NCBI RefSeq assembly: GCF_963921235.1
Contig: NC_086109.1
Location: forward strand, 1-64,000
Direction of reading: 5' to 3'
Source of the DNA: Mobula hypostoma
Lineage: Eukaryota
DNA length: 64,000 nucleotides
The number at the start of each line of letters is the position of its first letter. The stretch's first letter is position 1. The notes under the pieces are model-generated. The model was not told where the DNA came from and did no database searches. It saw only the letters and a program-made list of their open reading frames with translations. Below, in pieces: positions 54,926 to 64,000 of the stretch. The position numbers and the translations under genes are program-made.

Positions 54926-57900
54926 GGGGGACTGGAGTGGATAATAGACACAGGGTGTGGTGTAGGGGACTGGAGTGGATAATAGACACGGGAGGTGTGT
55001 AGGGGATTGGAGTGGATAATAGACACGGTGGGTGTGTAGGGGACTGGAGTGGATAATAGACACGGGAGGTGTGTAGGGGACTTGAGTGGATAATAGACAC
55101 GGGTGGTGTGTAGAGGATTGGAGTGGATAATAGACACGGTAGGTGTGTAGGGGACTGGAGTGGATAATAGACACGGGGAGTGGTGTAGGGGACTGGAGTG
55201 GATAATAGACACGGGCAGTGGTGTGGGGGACTGGAGTGGATAAAAGACACAGGGTGTGGTGTTGGGGACTGGAGTGGATAATAGACACGGGAGGTGTGTA
55301 GGGGATTGGAGTGGATAATAGAAATGGGCAGTGGTGTGGGGGACTGGAGTGGATAATAGACACGGGCAGTGGTGTGGGGGACTGGAGTGGATAATAGACA
55401 CGGGCAGTGGTGTGGGGGACTGGAGTGGATAATAGACACAGGGTGTGGTGTAGGGGACTGGAGTGGATAATAGACACGGGAGGTGTGTAGGGGATTGGAG
55501 GGGGTAATAGACACGGGAGGTATGTAGGGTATTGGAGTGGATAATGGACACGGGAGGTGTGTGGGGGACTGGAGCGGTTAATAGACACGGGAGGTGTGTA
55601 GGGGATTGGAGTGGATAATAGACACGGGAGGTGTGTAGGGGACTGGAGTGGATAATAGACACGGGCAGTGTTGTGGGGGACTGGAGGGGATAATAGACAC
55701 GGGAGGTGTGTAGGGGACTGGAGGGGATAATAGACACGGGAGGTGTGTAGGGGATTGGAGAGGATAGTAGACACGGGAGGTGTGTAGGGGACAGGAGTGG
55801 ATAATAGACACGGGCAGTGGTGTGGGGGACTGGAGTGGATAATAGACACAGGGTGTGGTGTAGGGGACTGGAGTGGATAATAGACACGGGAGGTGTGTAG
55901 GGGATTGGAGGGGATAATAGACACGGGAGGTATGTAGGGGATTGGAGAGGATAGTAGACATGGGAGGTGTGTAGGGGACTGGAGTGCATAATAGACACGG
56001 GGAGTGGTGTGGGGGACTGGAGTGGATAATAGACACAGGGTGTGGTGTAGGGGACTGGAGTGGATAATAGACACGGGAGGTGTGTAGGGGATTGGAGTGG
56101 ATAATAGACACGGTGGGTGTGTAGGGGACTGGAGTGGATAATAGACACGGGTGGTGTGTAGGGGACTTGAGTGGATAATAGACACGGCAGGTGTGTAAGG
56201 GATTGGAGTGGGTAATAGACACGGGGAGTGGTGTGGGTGACTGGAGTGGATAATAGACACGGGCAGTGTTGTGGGGGACTGGAATGGATAATAGACACAG
56301 GGTGTGGTGTAGGGGACTGGAGTGGATAATAGACACGGGAGGTGTGTAGGGGATTGGAGTGGATAATAGACACTGTGGGTGTGTAGGGGACTGCAGTGGA
56401 TAATAGACACGGGGAGTGGTGTAGGTGACTGGAGTGGATAATAGACACGGGATTTGTGTGGGGGACTGGAGTGGATAATAGACACGGGCAGTGGTGTAGG
56501 GGACTGGAATGGATAATAGACACGGGAGGTGTGTAGGGGATTGAAGTGGATTATAGACAGGGGGAGGTGTGTACGGGCCTGGAGGGGATAATAGACACGG
56601 GCAGTGGTGTGGGGTACTGGAGTGGATAATAATCACGGGCAGTGTGTAGGGGATTGGAGGGGATTGTAGACACGGGAGGTGTGTAGGGGATTGGAGTGGA
56701 TAATAGACACGGGGAGTGGTGTAGGGGATTGGAGAGGATAGTAGACACCGAAGGTGTGTAGGGGACTGGAGTGGATAATAGACACGGGAGGTGTGTAGTG
56801 GACTGGAGTGGATAATAGACACGGTAGGTGTGTAGGGGATTGGAGTGGATAATAGACACGGGGAGGTGTGTTGGGGACTGGAGGGGATAATAGACACGGG
56901 CAGTGGTGTAGGGGACTGGAATGGATAATAGACACGGGAGGTGTGTAGGAGGCTGGAGTGGATAATAGACACGGGCAGTGGTGTGGGGGACTGGAGGGGA
57001 TAATAGACACGGTAGGTGTGTAAGGGATTGGAGTGGATAATAGACACGGGAGGTGTGTAAGGAACTGGAGTGGATAGTAGACACGGGCAGTGGTGTAGGG
57101 GACTGGAGTGGATAATAGACACGGGCAGTGGTGTGGGGGACTGGAGTGGAAATTAGACACAGGGTGTGGTGTAGGGGACTGGAGTGGATAATAGACACGG
57201 GAGGTGTGTAGGGGATTGGAGTGGATAATAGACACGGCAGGTGTGTAGGGGACTAGAGTGGATAATAGACACGGGGAGGTGTGTACGGGCCTGGAGGGGA
57301 TAATAGACACTGGCAGTGGTGTGGGGGACTGGAGTGGATAATAGACGCGGGCAGTGGTGCAGGGGATTGGAGGGGATAGTAGACACGGGAGGTGTGTAGG
57401 GGACTGGAGTGGATAATAGACGCAGGCTGTGGTGTAGGGGATTGGAGGGCATAATAGACACGGCAGGTGTGTAGGGGATTGGAGTGGGTAATAGATACGG
57501 GGAGTGGTGTAGGGGATTGGAGGGGATAGTAGACACGGGAGGTGTGTAGGGGACTGGAGTGGATAATAAACACGGGGAGTGGTGTAGGGGATTGGAGGGG
57601 ATTGTAGACACGGTAGGTGTGTAGGGGACTGGAGTGGATAATAGACACGGGAGGTGTGTAGGGGATTGGAGTGGATAATAGACACGGGCAGTGGTGTGGG
57701 GGACTGGAGTGGATAATAGATACGGGCAGTGGTGTGGGGGACTGGAGTGGATAATAGACACGGGAGGTGTGTAGGGGATTGGAGTGGATAATAGACACGG
57801 TGGGTGTGTAGGGGACTGGAGTGGATAATAGACACGGGAGGTGTGTAGGAGATTGGAGTGGATAATAGACACGGCAGGTGTGTAGGGGACTGGAGTGGAT

Positions 57901-58519
57901 AATAGACACGGGGAGGTGTGTACGGGCCTGGAGGGGATAATAGACACTGGCAGTGGTGTGGGGTCTGGAGTGGTTAATAGACGCGGGCAGTGGTGTAGGG
58001 GATTGGAGGGGATAGTAGACACGGGAGGTGTGTAGCGGACTGGAGTGGATAATAGACGCGGGCAGTGGTGTAGGGGATTGGAGGGGATAGTAGACACGGG
58101 AGGTGTGTAGGGAACTGGAGTGGATAATAGACACGGGAAGTGTGTAGGGGACTGGAGGGGATAGTAGACACGGGAGGTGTGTAGGGGACTGGAGTGGATA
58201 ATAGACACGGTAGGTCTGTAGGGGACTGGAGGGGATAATAGACACGGGCAGTTGTGTGGGGTCTGGAGTGGATAATAGATACGGGCAGTGGTGTGGGGGT
58301 CTGGAGTGGATAATAGACACGGGAGGTGTGTAGGGGATTGGAGTGGATAATAGACACGGTGGGTGTGTAGGGGACTGGAGTGGATAATAGACACGGGGAG
58401 TGGTGTAGGGGACTGGAGTGGATAATAGACACAGGAGGTGTGTAGGGGACTGGAGTGGATAATAGACACGGGGAGGTGTGTACGGTCCTGGAGGGGATAA
58501 TAGACACGGGCAGTGGTGA

Positions 58520-59660
58520 TGAGGGACTGGAGTGGATAATAGACACGGGCAGTGTGTCGGGGATTGGAGGGGATTGTAGACACGGGACGTGTGTAGGGGA
58601 CTGGAGTGGATAATAGACACGGGGAGTGGTGTAGGGGATTGGAAAGGATAGTAGACACGGGAGGTGTGTAGGGGACTGGAGTGGATAATAGACACGGGGA
58701 GTGGTGTAGGGGATTGGAGGGGATCGTAGACACGGGAGGTGTGGAGTGGACTGGAGTGGATAATAGACACGGGAGGTGTGTAGGGGATTGGAGTGGATAA
58801 TAGACACGGGAGGTGTGTAGGGGACTGGAGTGGATAATAGACACGGGAGGTGTGTAGGGGACTGGAGTGGATAATAGACACGGGAGGTGTGTTGGGGATT
58901 GAAGTGGATAATAGACACGGCAGGTGTGTAGGGGACTGGAGTGGATAATAGACACAGGGAGTGGTGTATGGGATTGGAGGGGATAGTAGACACCGCAGGT
59001 GTGTAGAGGACTGCAATGGATAATAGACACGGGAGGTGTGTAGGGGATTGTAGTGGATAATAGACACGGGGAGGTGAGTACGGGGCTGGAGTGGATAATA
59101 GACACGGGCAGTGTGTCGGGGATTGGAGGGGATTGTAGACACGGGACGTGTGTAGGGGACTGGAGTGGATAATAGACACGGGGAGTGGTGTAGGGGATTG
59201 GAAAGGATAGTAGACACGGGAGGTGTGTAGGGGACTGGAGTGGATAATAGACACGGGGAGTGGTGTAGGGGATTGGAGGGGATCGTAGACACGGGAGGTG
59301 TGGAGTGGACTGGAGTGGATAATAGACACGGGAGGTGTGTAGGGGATTGGAGTGGATAATAGACACGGGAGGTGTGTAGGGGACTGGAGTGGATAATAGA
59401 CACGGGAGGTGTGTAGGGGACTGGAGTGGATAATAGACACGGAAGGTGTGTTGGGGATTGAAGTGGATAATAGACACGGCAGGTGTGTAGGGGACTGGAG
59501 TGGATAATAGACACAGGGAGTGGTGTAGGGGATTGGAGGGGATAGTAGACACCGCAGGTGTGTAGGGGACTGCAATGGATAATAGACACGGGAGGTGTGT
59601 AGGGGATTGGAGTGGATAATAGACACGGGGAGGTGAGTACGGGGCTGGAGTGGATAATAG
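58520..59660. repeat. Higher-order tandem duplication, 2 x 559 bp (15 monomers)
   Basis: GGAAAGGATAG at 58641/59200, GGATCGTAG at 58721/59280, GAGGTGAGTACGGGGCTGG at 59071/59630. Confidence 0.9.
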
Positions 59661-60303
59661 ACACGGGCAGTGGTGTGGGGGACTGGAGTGGACAATAGAC
59701 ACGGGAGGTGTGTAGGGGATTGGAGTGGATAATAGACACGGGAGGTGTGTAGGGGACTGGAGTGGATAGTAGACACGGGCAGTGGTGTAGGGGACTGGAG
59801 TGGATAATAGACACGGGAGGTGTGTCGGGGACTGGAGTGGATAATAGACACGGGAGGTGTGTAGGGGACTGGAGTGGATAATAGACACGGGCAGTGGTGT
59901 GGGGGACTGGAGGGGATAATAGACACGGGAGGTGTGTAGGGGATTGGAGGGGATAGTAGACACGGGAGGTGTGTAGGGGACTGGAGTGGATAATAGACAA
60001 GTGGAGTGGTGTAGGGGATTGGAGGGGATAGTAGACACGGGAGGTTTGTAGGGGTCTGGAGTGGATAATAGACACGGGATGTGTGCAGGGGATTGGAGAG
60101 GATAATAGACACGGTAGGTGTGTAGGGGACTGGAGTGGATAATAGACACGGGGAGTGGTGTAGGGGATTGGAGGGGATAGTAGACACGGGAGGTGTGTAG
60201 GGACTGGAGTGGATAATAGACACGGGGAGTGGTGTAGGGGATTGGAGGGGATAGTAGACACGGGGAGGTGTATAGGGGACTGGAATGGATAATAGACACG
60301 GGG

Positions 60304-61020
60304 ATCTGGAGGAGTTAATAGAGGCGAAGATGGGTGGGGTGTTTCAAGGGGGTTACTGAGATGGTGGGTGGGGGACGAAGAACCATACAGGGGCCGGAGG
60401 GTTTATAGAGATGGGGACGGGTGCGGACCCAGAGGATTTACCGAGATGGAGAGGGGTGTAGGGGCTGGAGGGGTTTACAGAGATAGGGTGGGCTGGAAGT
60501 TTGGAAGGGTGTATGGATACGGGGGTGGGAGAGTCGTGGGGGTTCGGAGGAGTTGACAGAGGGGACGGGCGTGGGTCCAGGGGGGTTTATAGTGACGGCG
60601 AGGGTTGGGGTCCAGAGGGGTTTATAGAGACGTGGGGGGGTGGTGGGGGGAGGCCATTGTGGTTTATGAGACACGAAGGGGTGGAGATCCGGATAGGTTT
60701 ATTGAGGGGACGGTGGGTCCCAGGGGGGTTTATAGAGATCCGGAGGGTGAGTTCCAGAGGGGTTTGTAGAGGGGAAGGATGGGGGTCCCGAAGGGTTTAT
60801 GGAGGGGAGGGCTGCATTTTCCAGGGGTTTATAGAGACGGGGAAGGGTGGGATTCCTGAGGGGTTTATAGAGACGGGGGAGGGTGAAGGTCCTGAGGGGT
60901 TTATAGAGACGGGAAAAAGTGGTGGCGATCTGGAGACGTTTACAGAGACAGGAGGGGTGAAGCTCCGGGGAGGTTTACAAAAACGGGGCTGATGTAAGGG
61001 ACCGAGGAGGTTTCGGAGAC
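60304..61020. repeat. Degenerate ~36-bp minisatellite (about 19-20 units), related to the main satellite
   Basis: GTTTA(T/C)AGAGAC-like motif at ~60401, 60473, 60585, 60620, 60728, 60827, 60863, 60899, 60938, 60973, 61010, with neighbouring units mostly 35-39 bp apart and G-rich spacers. Confidence 0.85.
60698..60703 (-). promoter_or_regulatory. Candidate polyadenylation signal (AATAAA on the minus strand)
   Basis: TTTATT on + at 60698-60703, about 530 nt downstream of the candidate exon's stop. It may simply be a variant of the repeat's TTTATA. Confidence 0.2.
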
Positions 61021-61229
61021 GTGGGTGGTGTGGAAGTCCGGAACCAAAGGCAGCGAGCTGGAGTGCGGGGTGGGCGTGCGCGCAGACGGTAGGATGGAAT
61101 GAGGCAGTGAAAGACGGCGAGACGGAGAGAATGAGAGAGTTGGACAGGGGAAAGCAGTGAGGGTGGCGACAAAGAGGAGGAGCCATCGGCCGATCCGATT
61201 CACTCGGACACCTAAACAACCGCGGGCTC

Positions 61230-61290
61230 TCAGCAATGGCACGGAATCCTGAATTTCTCGCCGTCTGGTGTGGAATTCTCCAAGGTCAGT
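61230..61290 (-). CDS. Candidate exon (possibly terminal) of an unidentified minus-strand gene
   Basis: Strong acceptor on the minus strand, CGCCTCTCTCTTTCCCACAG|ACTGACC (AG at 61292-61291), preceded by ~100 nt of pyrimidine-rich sequence and followed by complex non-repetitive sequence. One frame reads LTLENSTPDGEKFRIPCHC*; another reads TDLGEFHTRRREIQDSVPLLRARG and stays open to 60940. No family recognised. Confidence 0.4.
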
Positions 61291-61467
61291 CTGTGGGAAA
61301 GAGAGAGGCGTGAGGGCTAGTCGCGGGGTAGAGAGGGGTGAGGAGGAGAGAGACAGAGGGAAGAACTTAGACAAACTAAAGAGAGAGAGAGACTGAAGGC
61401 GAGAGATGTACTGGGGAGGGATACATATTGGTCATTGGTGGGGTGGGCGGGGGGGAGGTGGGGAGTG

Positions 61468-61948
61468 GAGAGCTGAGAGTCCACGGACGGCGTTCAGGCG
61501 AGAAACGTCCCGGTGGCCTTCATTGTGGGGGTTTTGGCCCGAAGAGTAGAGACATCTCGCCCCAATTATCCCGCGCTCTGGGGAGACCACACCTGGAATA
61601 TTGTGGACGGGTCTGCGCTCCCCAACTACGCGCGGGGGGTGGGGGGATCTACACGTGACAGAGGGTGCGCGATAAAGGTTCCCCAGATAGATTGCCGAGA
61701 TGGGGGGGGGGGGTGTTTTCCCACGAGAACAGATGAAGGAGACTTGGACTGTCCTCTCTGGAGTTTAGAAGAACGAGAGATGCTCTCACTGAAATGTCCT
61801 AACTCCTCATAGAGCTTCGCAGGGTGGGTGTCGGGAGGATGTTGCCCCTGGCTGGGGTGTCTAGAACTGGGGAGGGGGAAACTGCCTGAGAAGAGCGGTC
61901 AGCTGTTCAAGACAGAGTTGGCAATAAATCCTTGGAAATTCTACCCCC
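61468..61948 (+). mobile_element. Highly decayed CR1-type LINE fragment (C-terminal part of ORF2)
   Basis: Broken translation AFI..GFGPKSRDISPQLSRALGRPHLEYC...LGLSSLEFRRTRDAL...RMLPLAGVSRT resembles the CR1 ORF2 C-terminal motifs as I recall them (RPHLEYCVQFWSP; LGLYSLEFRRMRGDL; MFPLVGESRTRGH). Multiple indels. Confidence 0.8.
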
Positions 61949-62098
61949 GCCACCACCAACCCGCGGCTCTGGGGAGAGACAGGACTCAAACCGTATTGTA
62001 TACAGCGATATTGTACATTGAGGGACCGAGAGGGGAAGGCAGAGGGAGGGAGGCGGAGAGAGTGGTCTGTTTCCCAGGACTGTACTGAGAACGTTTAC

Positions 62099-62126
62099 CA
62101 GTTGTTCAAAGAGGGACAGCGTTTTT
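62099..62126 (-). CDS. Possible 28-nt micro-exon upstream of the 61290 exon
   Basis: Minus strand reads CCCAAATACAG|AAAAACGCTGTCCCTCTTTGAACAACTG|GTAAAC, which would join in phase 0 to give KTLSLFEQL-TDLGEFHTRRR. Splice sites are only moderate. Confidence 0.18.
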
Positions 62127-62214
62127 CTGTATTTGGGCATCGAGGCGTGAGACAGGCAGAGGGACAGGGTGAGGAGCTCAGCATAATTCACAGATTCCAT
62201 CCAAATACCGCGGA

Positions 62215-62440
62215 ATTTAATCCGGGGTTTCGGCAGTTTATACAGAGAATACAGACCCCGACCCTCCCCCCGGGGGGATTACAGTCTGGGATCTAATCCG
62301 GGGTTCAGGCAGTTTATATATAGAATACAGACCCCCGGGGGGTTACAGTCTGGGATCTAATCCGGGGTTCGGGCAGTTTATATATAGAATACAGACCCCG
62401 GGGGGTTACAGTCTGGGATCTAATCCGGGGTTCGGGCAGT
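62215..62440. repeat. 63/64-bp minisatellite, ~3.5 copies (left part)
   Basis: TTACAGTCTGGGATCTAATCCGGGGTTC(A/G)GGCAGTT starts at 62279, 62343 and 62406; the first two copies continue TATATATAGAATACAGACCCC(C)GGGGGG. Confidence 0.95.
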
Positions 62441-63578
62441 TGAGTTGAATTGACTTCATTTCTTACATCCTTCATGTACAATCTAATCTAAAATCTTTAC
62501 GTTAAGTCTCCGTCTAAATGTGCAATGTACAATCATAGTAATTTATAATAAATAGAACAGTCAATGTAACATTGAAATACACTCAAACCAGTCTGATGGC
62601 CTGGTGGAAGACGTTGTCCCAGAGCCTGTTAGTTCTGGCTTTTATGTTACGGTACTGTTTCCCGAATGGTAGCAGCTGGAACAGTTTATGGTTGGGGTGA
62701 CTTGGGTCCCCAGTGATCCTTCAGGTCCTTTTTACACACCTGTCTTTGTAAATGTCCTGAATAGTGGGAAGTTCGCATCTACAGACTGGGTTGTCCGCAC
62801 CACTCTCTGCAGAGTCCTGCGATTGAGGGAAGTACAGTTCCCATACCAGGCAGTGATGCAGCCAGTCAGGATGCTCTCATTTGTGCCCCTGTAGAAAATT
62901 GTTAGCATTTGGGGGGCCCATGCCAAACTTGCGCAACCGTCTGAGGTGAAAGAGGTGCTGTTGTGTCTTTTTCACCACACAGCTGGTGTGTACAGTCCAC
63001 GTGAGGTCCTCAGTGATGTGGATGCCGAGGAACTTGAAGCTGTTTACGCTCTCAACCCCAGATCCATTGGTGTCAATAGGGGTTAGCCTGTCTCCATTCC
63101 TCCTGTAATCCACAACCAGCTCCTTTGTTTTTGAAACGTTGAGGGAGAGGTTGTTTTCTTGACACCATTGTGTCAGAGAGATGACTTCTTCTCTGTAGGC
63201 CACCTCGTTATTGTTTGAGATTAGGCCAATCAGTGTAGTGTTGTCGACAAATTTATTTAGCAGATTGGAGCTGTGGGTGGCAATACAGTCATGGGTATAC
63301 AGGGAGTAAAGGAGGGGGCTTAGTACACAGCCCTGAGGGGCTCCTGTGTTGAGAGTCAGGGGGTCGGAAGTGAGGGAGCCCATTCTTACCACCTGCTGGC
63401 AATCTGACAGGAAGTCCAGGATCCAGCTGCACAAGGCAGAGACAAGGCCGAGGTCTCTGAGTTTCTTGTCAAGCCTGGAGGGAATTATGGTGTTGAATAC
63501 TGAACTATAGTCCAAGAACAGCATTCTCACATAAGCATCCTTCTTCTCCAGATGTGTAAGGACGGTATGTAGAGCAGT
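62441..63578 (-). mobile_element. 5'-truncated, inactivated Rex1/Babar-type non-LTR retrotransposon (RT domain, C-terminal region, 3' UTR and tail)
   Basis: ORF 62877-63530 has RT motifs [51 protein letters not shown] and FKFLGIHI. It continues after frameshifts as [21 protein letters not shown] and HPNHKLFQLLPFGK...FHQAIRLV* (stop at 62585-62583). The 3' end reads AATGAAGTCAATTCAACTC. Confidence 0.92.
62583..63578 (-). pseudogene. Reverse transcriptase pseudogene of the Rex1/Babar-type copy
   Basis: The catalytic FADD motif reads FVDN (~63240-63251). Frameshifts occur near the G-run at ~62911-62916 and near ~62785. The endonuclease and the RT N-terminus are absent. Confidence 0.88.
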
Positions 63579-63740
63579 CGTTTATATAGAGAATACAGAC
63601 GCCCTGGTGGGTTAAAGTCTGGGATCTAATCCGCACATTTGGGGATTTTATACAGATCCCCCTAATGGGTTAGATTGGGATCAATCAGGTTGTCAGGGAG
63701 TTTATACAGATTCCTGCGAGTGGGTTTACTGAGATTTAAT
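63579..63740. repeat. Continuation of the 63/64-bp minisatellite, decaying
   Basis: GTTTATATAGAGAATACAGACGCCCTGGTGGGTTAAAGTCTGGGATCTAATCCG resumes the unit directly after the LINE; weaker copies follow (TTTATACAGAT, GGGATCAATC). Confidence 0.8.
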
Positions 63741-64000
63741 CAAAGCCAAAGTAAATTTATTATCAGAGTACATACATGTCACCGCATACAACCCTGAGAT
63801 CATTTACCTGTGCGCATACTCAGCATATCTATAGAATCGTAACTGTAAAGAGGATCAATGAAAGAGCAACTGGAATGCAGAAGCCAACACACTGTGCAAA
63901 TGGAAATACAAATAAATAACCTGACCATGAAATAAGATAGAGTCCTTAAAGTGAGATCCTTGGTTGTGGGGACATCGCAATAGATGAGTGTAGTTGTCCC
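63739..64000 (-). mobile_element. Probable 3' end/UTR of a second LINE, running off the window
   Basis: Abrupt switch to AT-rich sequence. The minus strand ends AATAAATTTACTTTGGCTTTG (AATAAA at 63761-63756 plus a short tandem CTTTG tail), the same 3'-end architecture as the neighbouring element. No coding part lies inside the window. Confidence 0.55.

Larger units (their letters stand above)
1..60303. repeat. Large G-rich tandem satellite/macro-minisatellite, 37/38-bp monomer, ~1,600 copies, continues beyond the left edge
   Basis: The core (G/C)ACAC recurs at 7, 45, 83, 120, 157, 195 (spacings 38, 38, 37, 37, 38) and so on to ~60,295. Near-invariant core GGATA(A/G)TAGACAC; variable modules GGGAGGTGT / GGGCAGTGGT / GGGGAGTGGT / AGGGTGTGGT. 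All monomers are in one orientation and no unique insertions were seen. Confidence 0.99.

Noticed and set aside
909..60299. Giant minus-strand ORFs (up to 4,155 aa) as mucin- or extensin-like genes
   Set aside because: They overlap in all three frames with the same peptide words, most starts are GTG codons inside the repeat, the monomer length is not a multiple of 3, indels are tolerated, and there is no signal peptide or unique domain.
1..60303. CRISPR array (37-bp periodicity)
   Set aside because: No unique spacers, since the whole monomer repeats; no cas genes; the flanks carry vertebrate-type LINEs.
1..60303. Telomeric repeat
   Set aside because: G-rich with TAGGGG, but no (TTAGGG)n tract was seen. 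A subtelomeric location is possible but cannot be shown from this window.
1..60303. Arrays of transcription-factor sites (GGATAA GATA-like; CACGTG E-box in some variants)
   Set aside because: GGATAA does not fit the WGATAR consensus, and short motifs in a repeat are multiplied trivially. No functional evidence.
60368..61219. Short Gly-rich (+) and Pro-rich (-) ORFs such as 60501-60992 with GFIET repeats
   Set aside because: They are translations of the degenerate minisatellite and of low-complexity purine-rich DNA.
61215..61245. Post-SET-like IPCHC motif, or a selenocysteine TGA after CHC
   Set aside because: A stop follows immediately and the further cysteine of a post-SET motif is missing. 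No SECIS element was recognisable, and read-through would add only EPAVV before a TAG.
61428..62088. Plus-strand ORFs 61428-61658, 61513-61812 and 61828-62088 as genes
   Set aside because: They are largely frameshifted pieces of the decayed CR1-type fragment.
62078..62140. Resemblance of ENVYQLFKEGQRFSVF to a BRCA2 OB-fold segment
   Set aside because: Short match recalled from memory, with no flanking similarity or further exons; probably chance.
62877..63530. Active or domesticated reverse transcriptase, or an RT-plus-repeat-array system
   Set aside because: The catalytic motif is mutated (FVDN), the copy is frameshifted and 5'-truncated, and it is an ordinary LINE with no sequence link to the satellite.

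Overview
Eukaryotic genomic DNA, probably vertebrate. The LINE families suggest a cartilaginous fish, but that is inference. Bases 1 to ~60,303 form one uninterrupted G-rich tandem satellite of roughly 1,600 monomers of 37/38 bp (consensus GACACGGGAGGTGTGTAGGGGACTGGAGTGGATAATA; 38-bp form GACACGGGCAGTGGTGTAGGGGACTGGAGTGGATAATA). It is open at the left edge of the window. Rare variant monomers reveal nested higher-order duplications of 224 bp to ~27 kb. The huge minus-strand ORFs arise because the monomer has no stop codon on that strand and are not supported as genes. At the right edge the array grades into an old, degenerate ~36-bp minisatellite that looks like its ancestor. Beyond it lie a candidate minus-strand exon, a decayed CR1-type LINE fragment, a 63/64-bp minisatellite interrupted by a 5'-truncated dead Rex1/Babar-type LINE, and the probable 3' end of a second LINE. 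No CRISPR array, RNA gene or intact protein-coding gene can be supported, and I found no confidently novel biological system. The most interesting signals are the satellite's apparent local origin, its readable duplication history, and its stop-free strand lying downstream of a possible exon. All coordinates and offsets were read by eye or from the ORF track.
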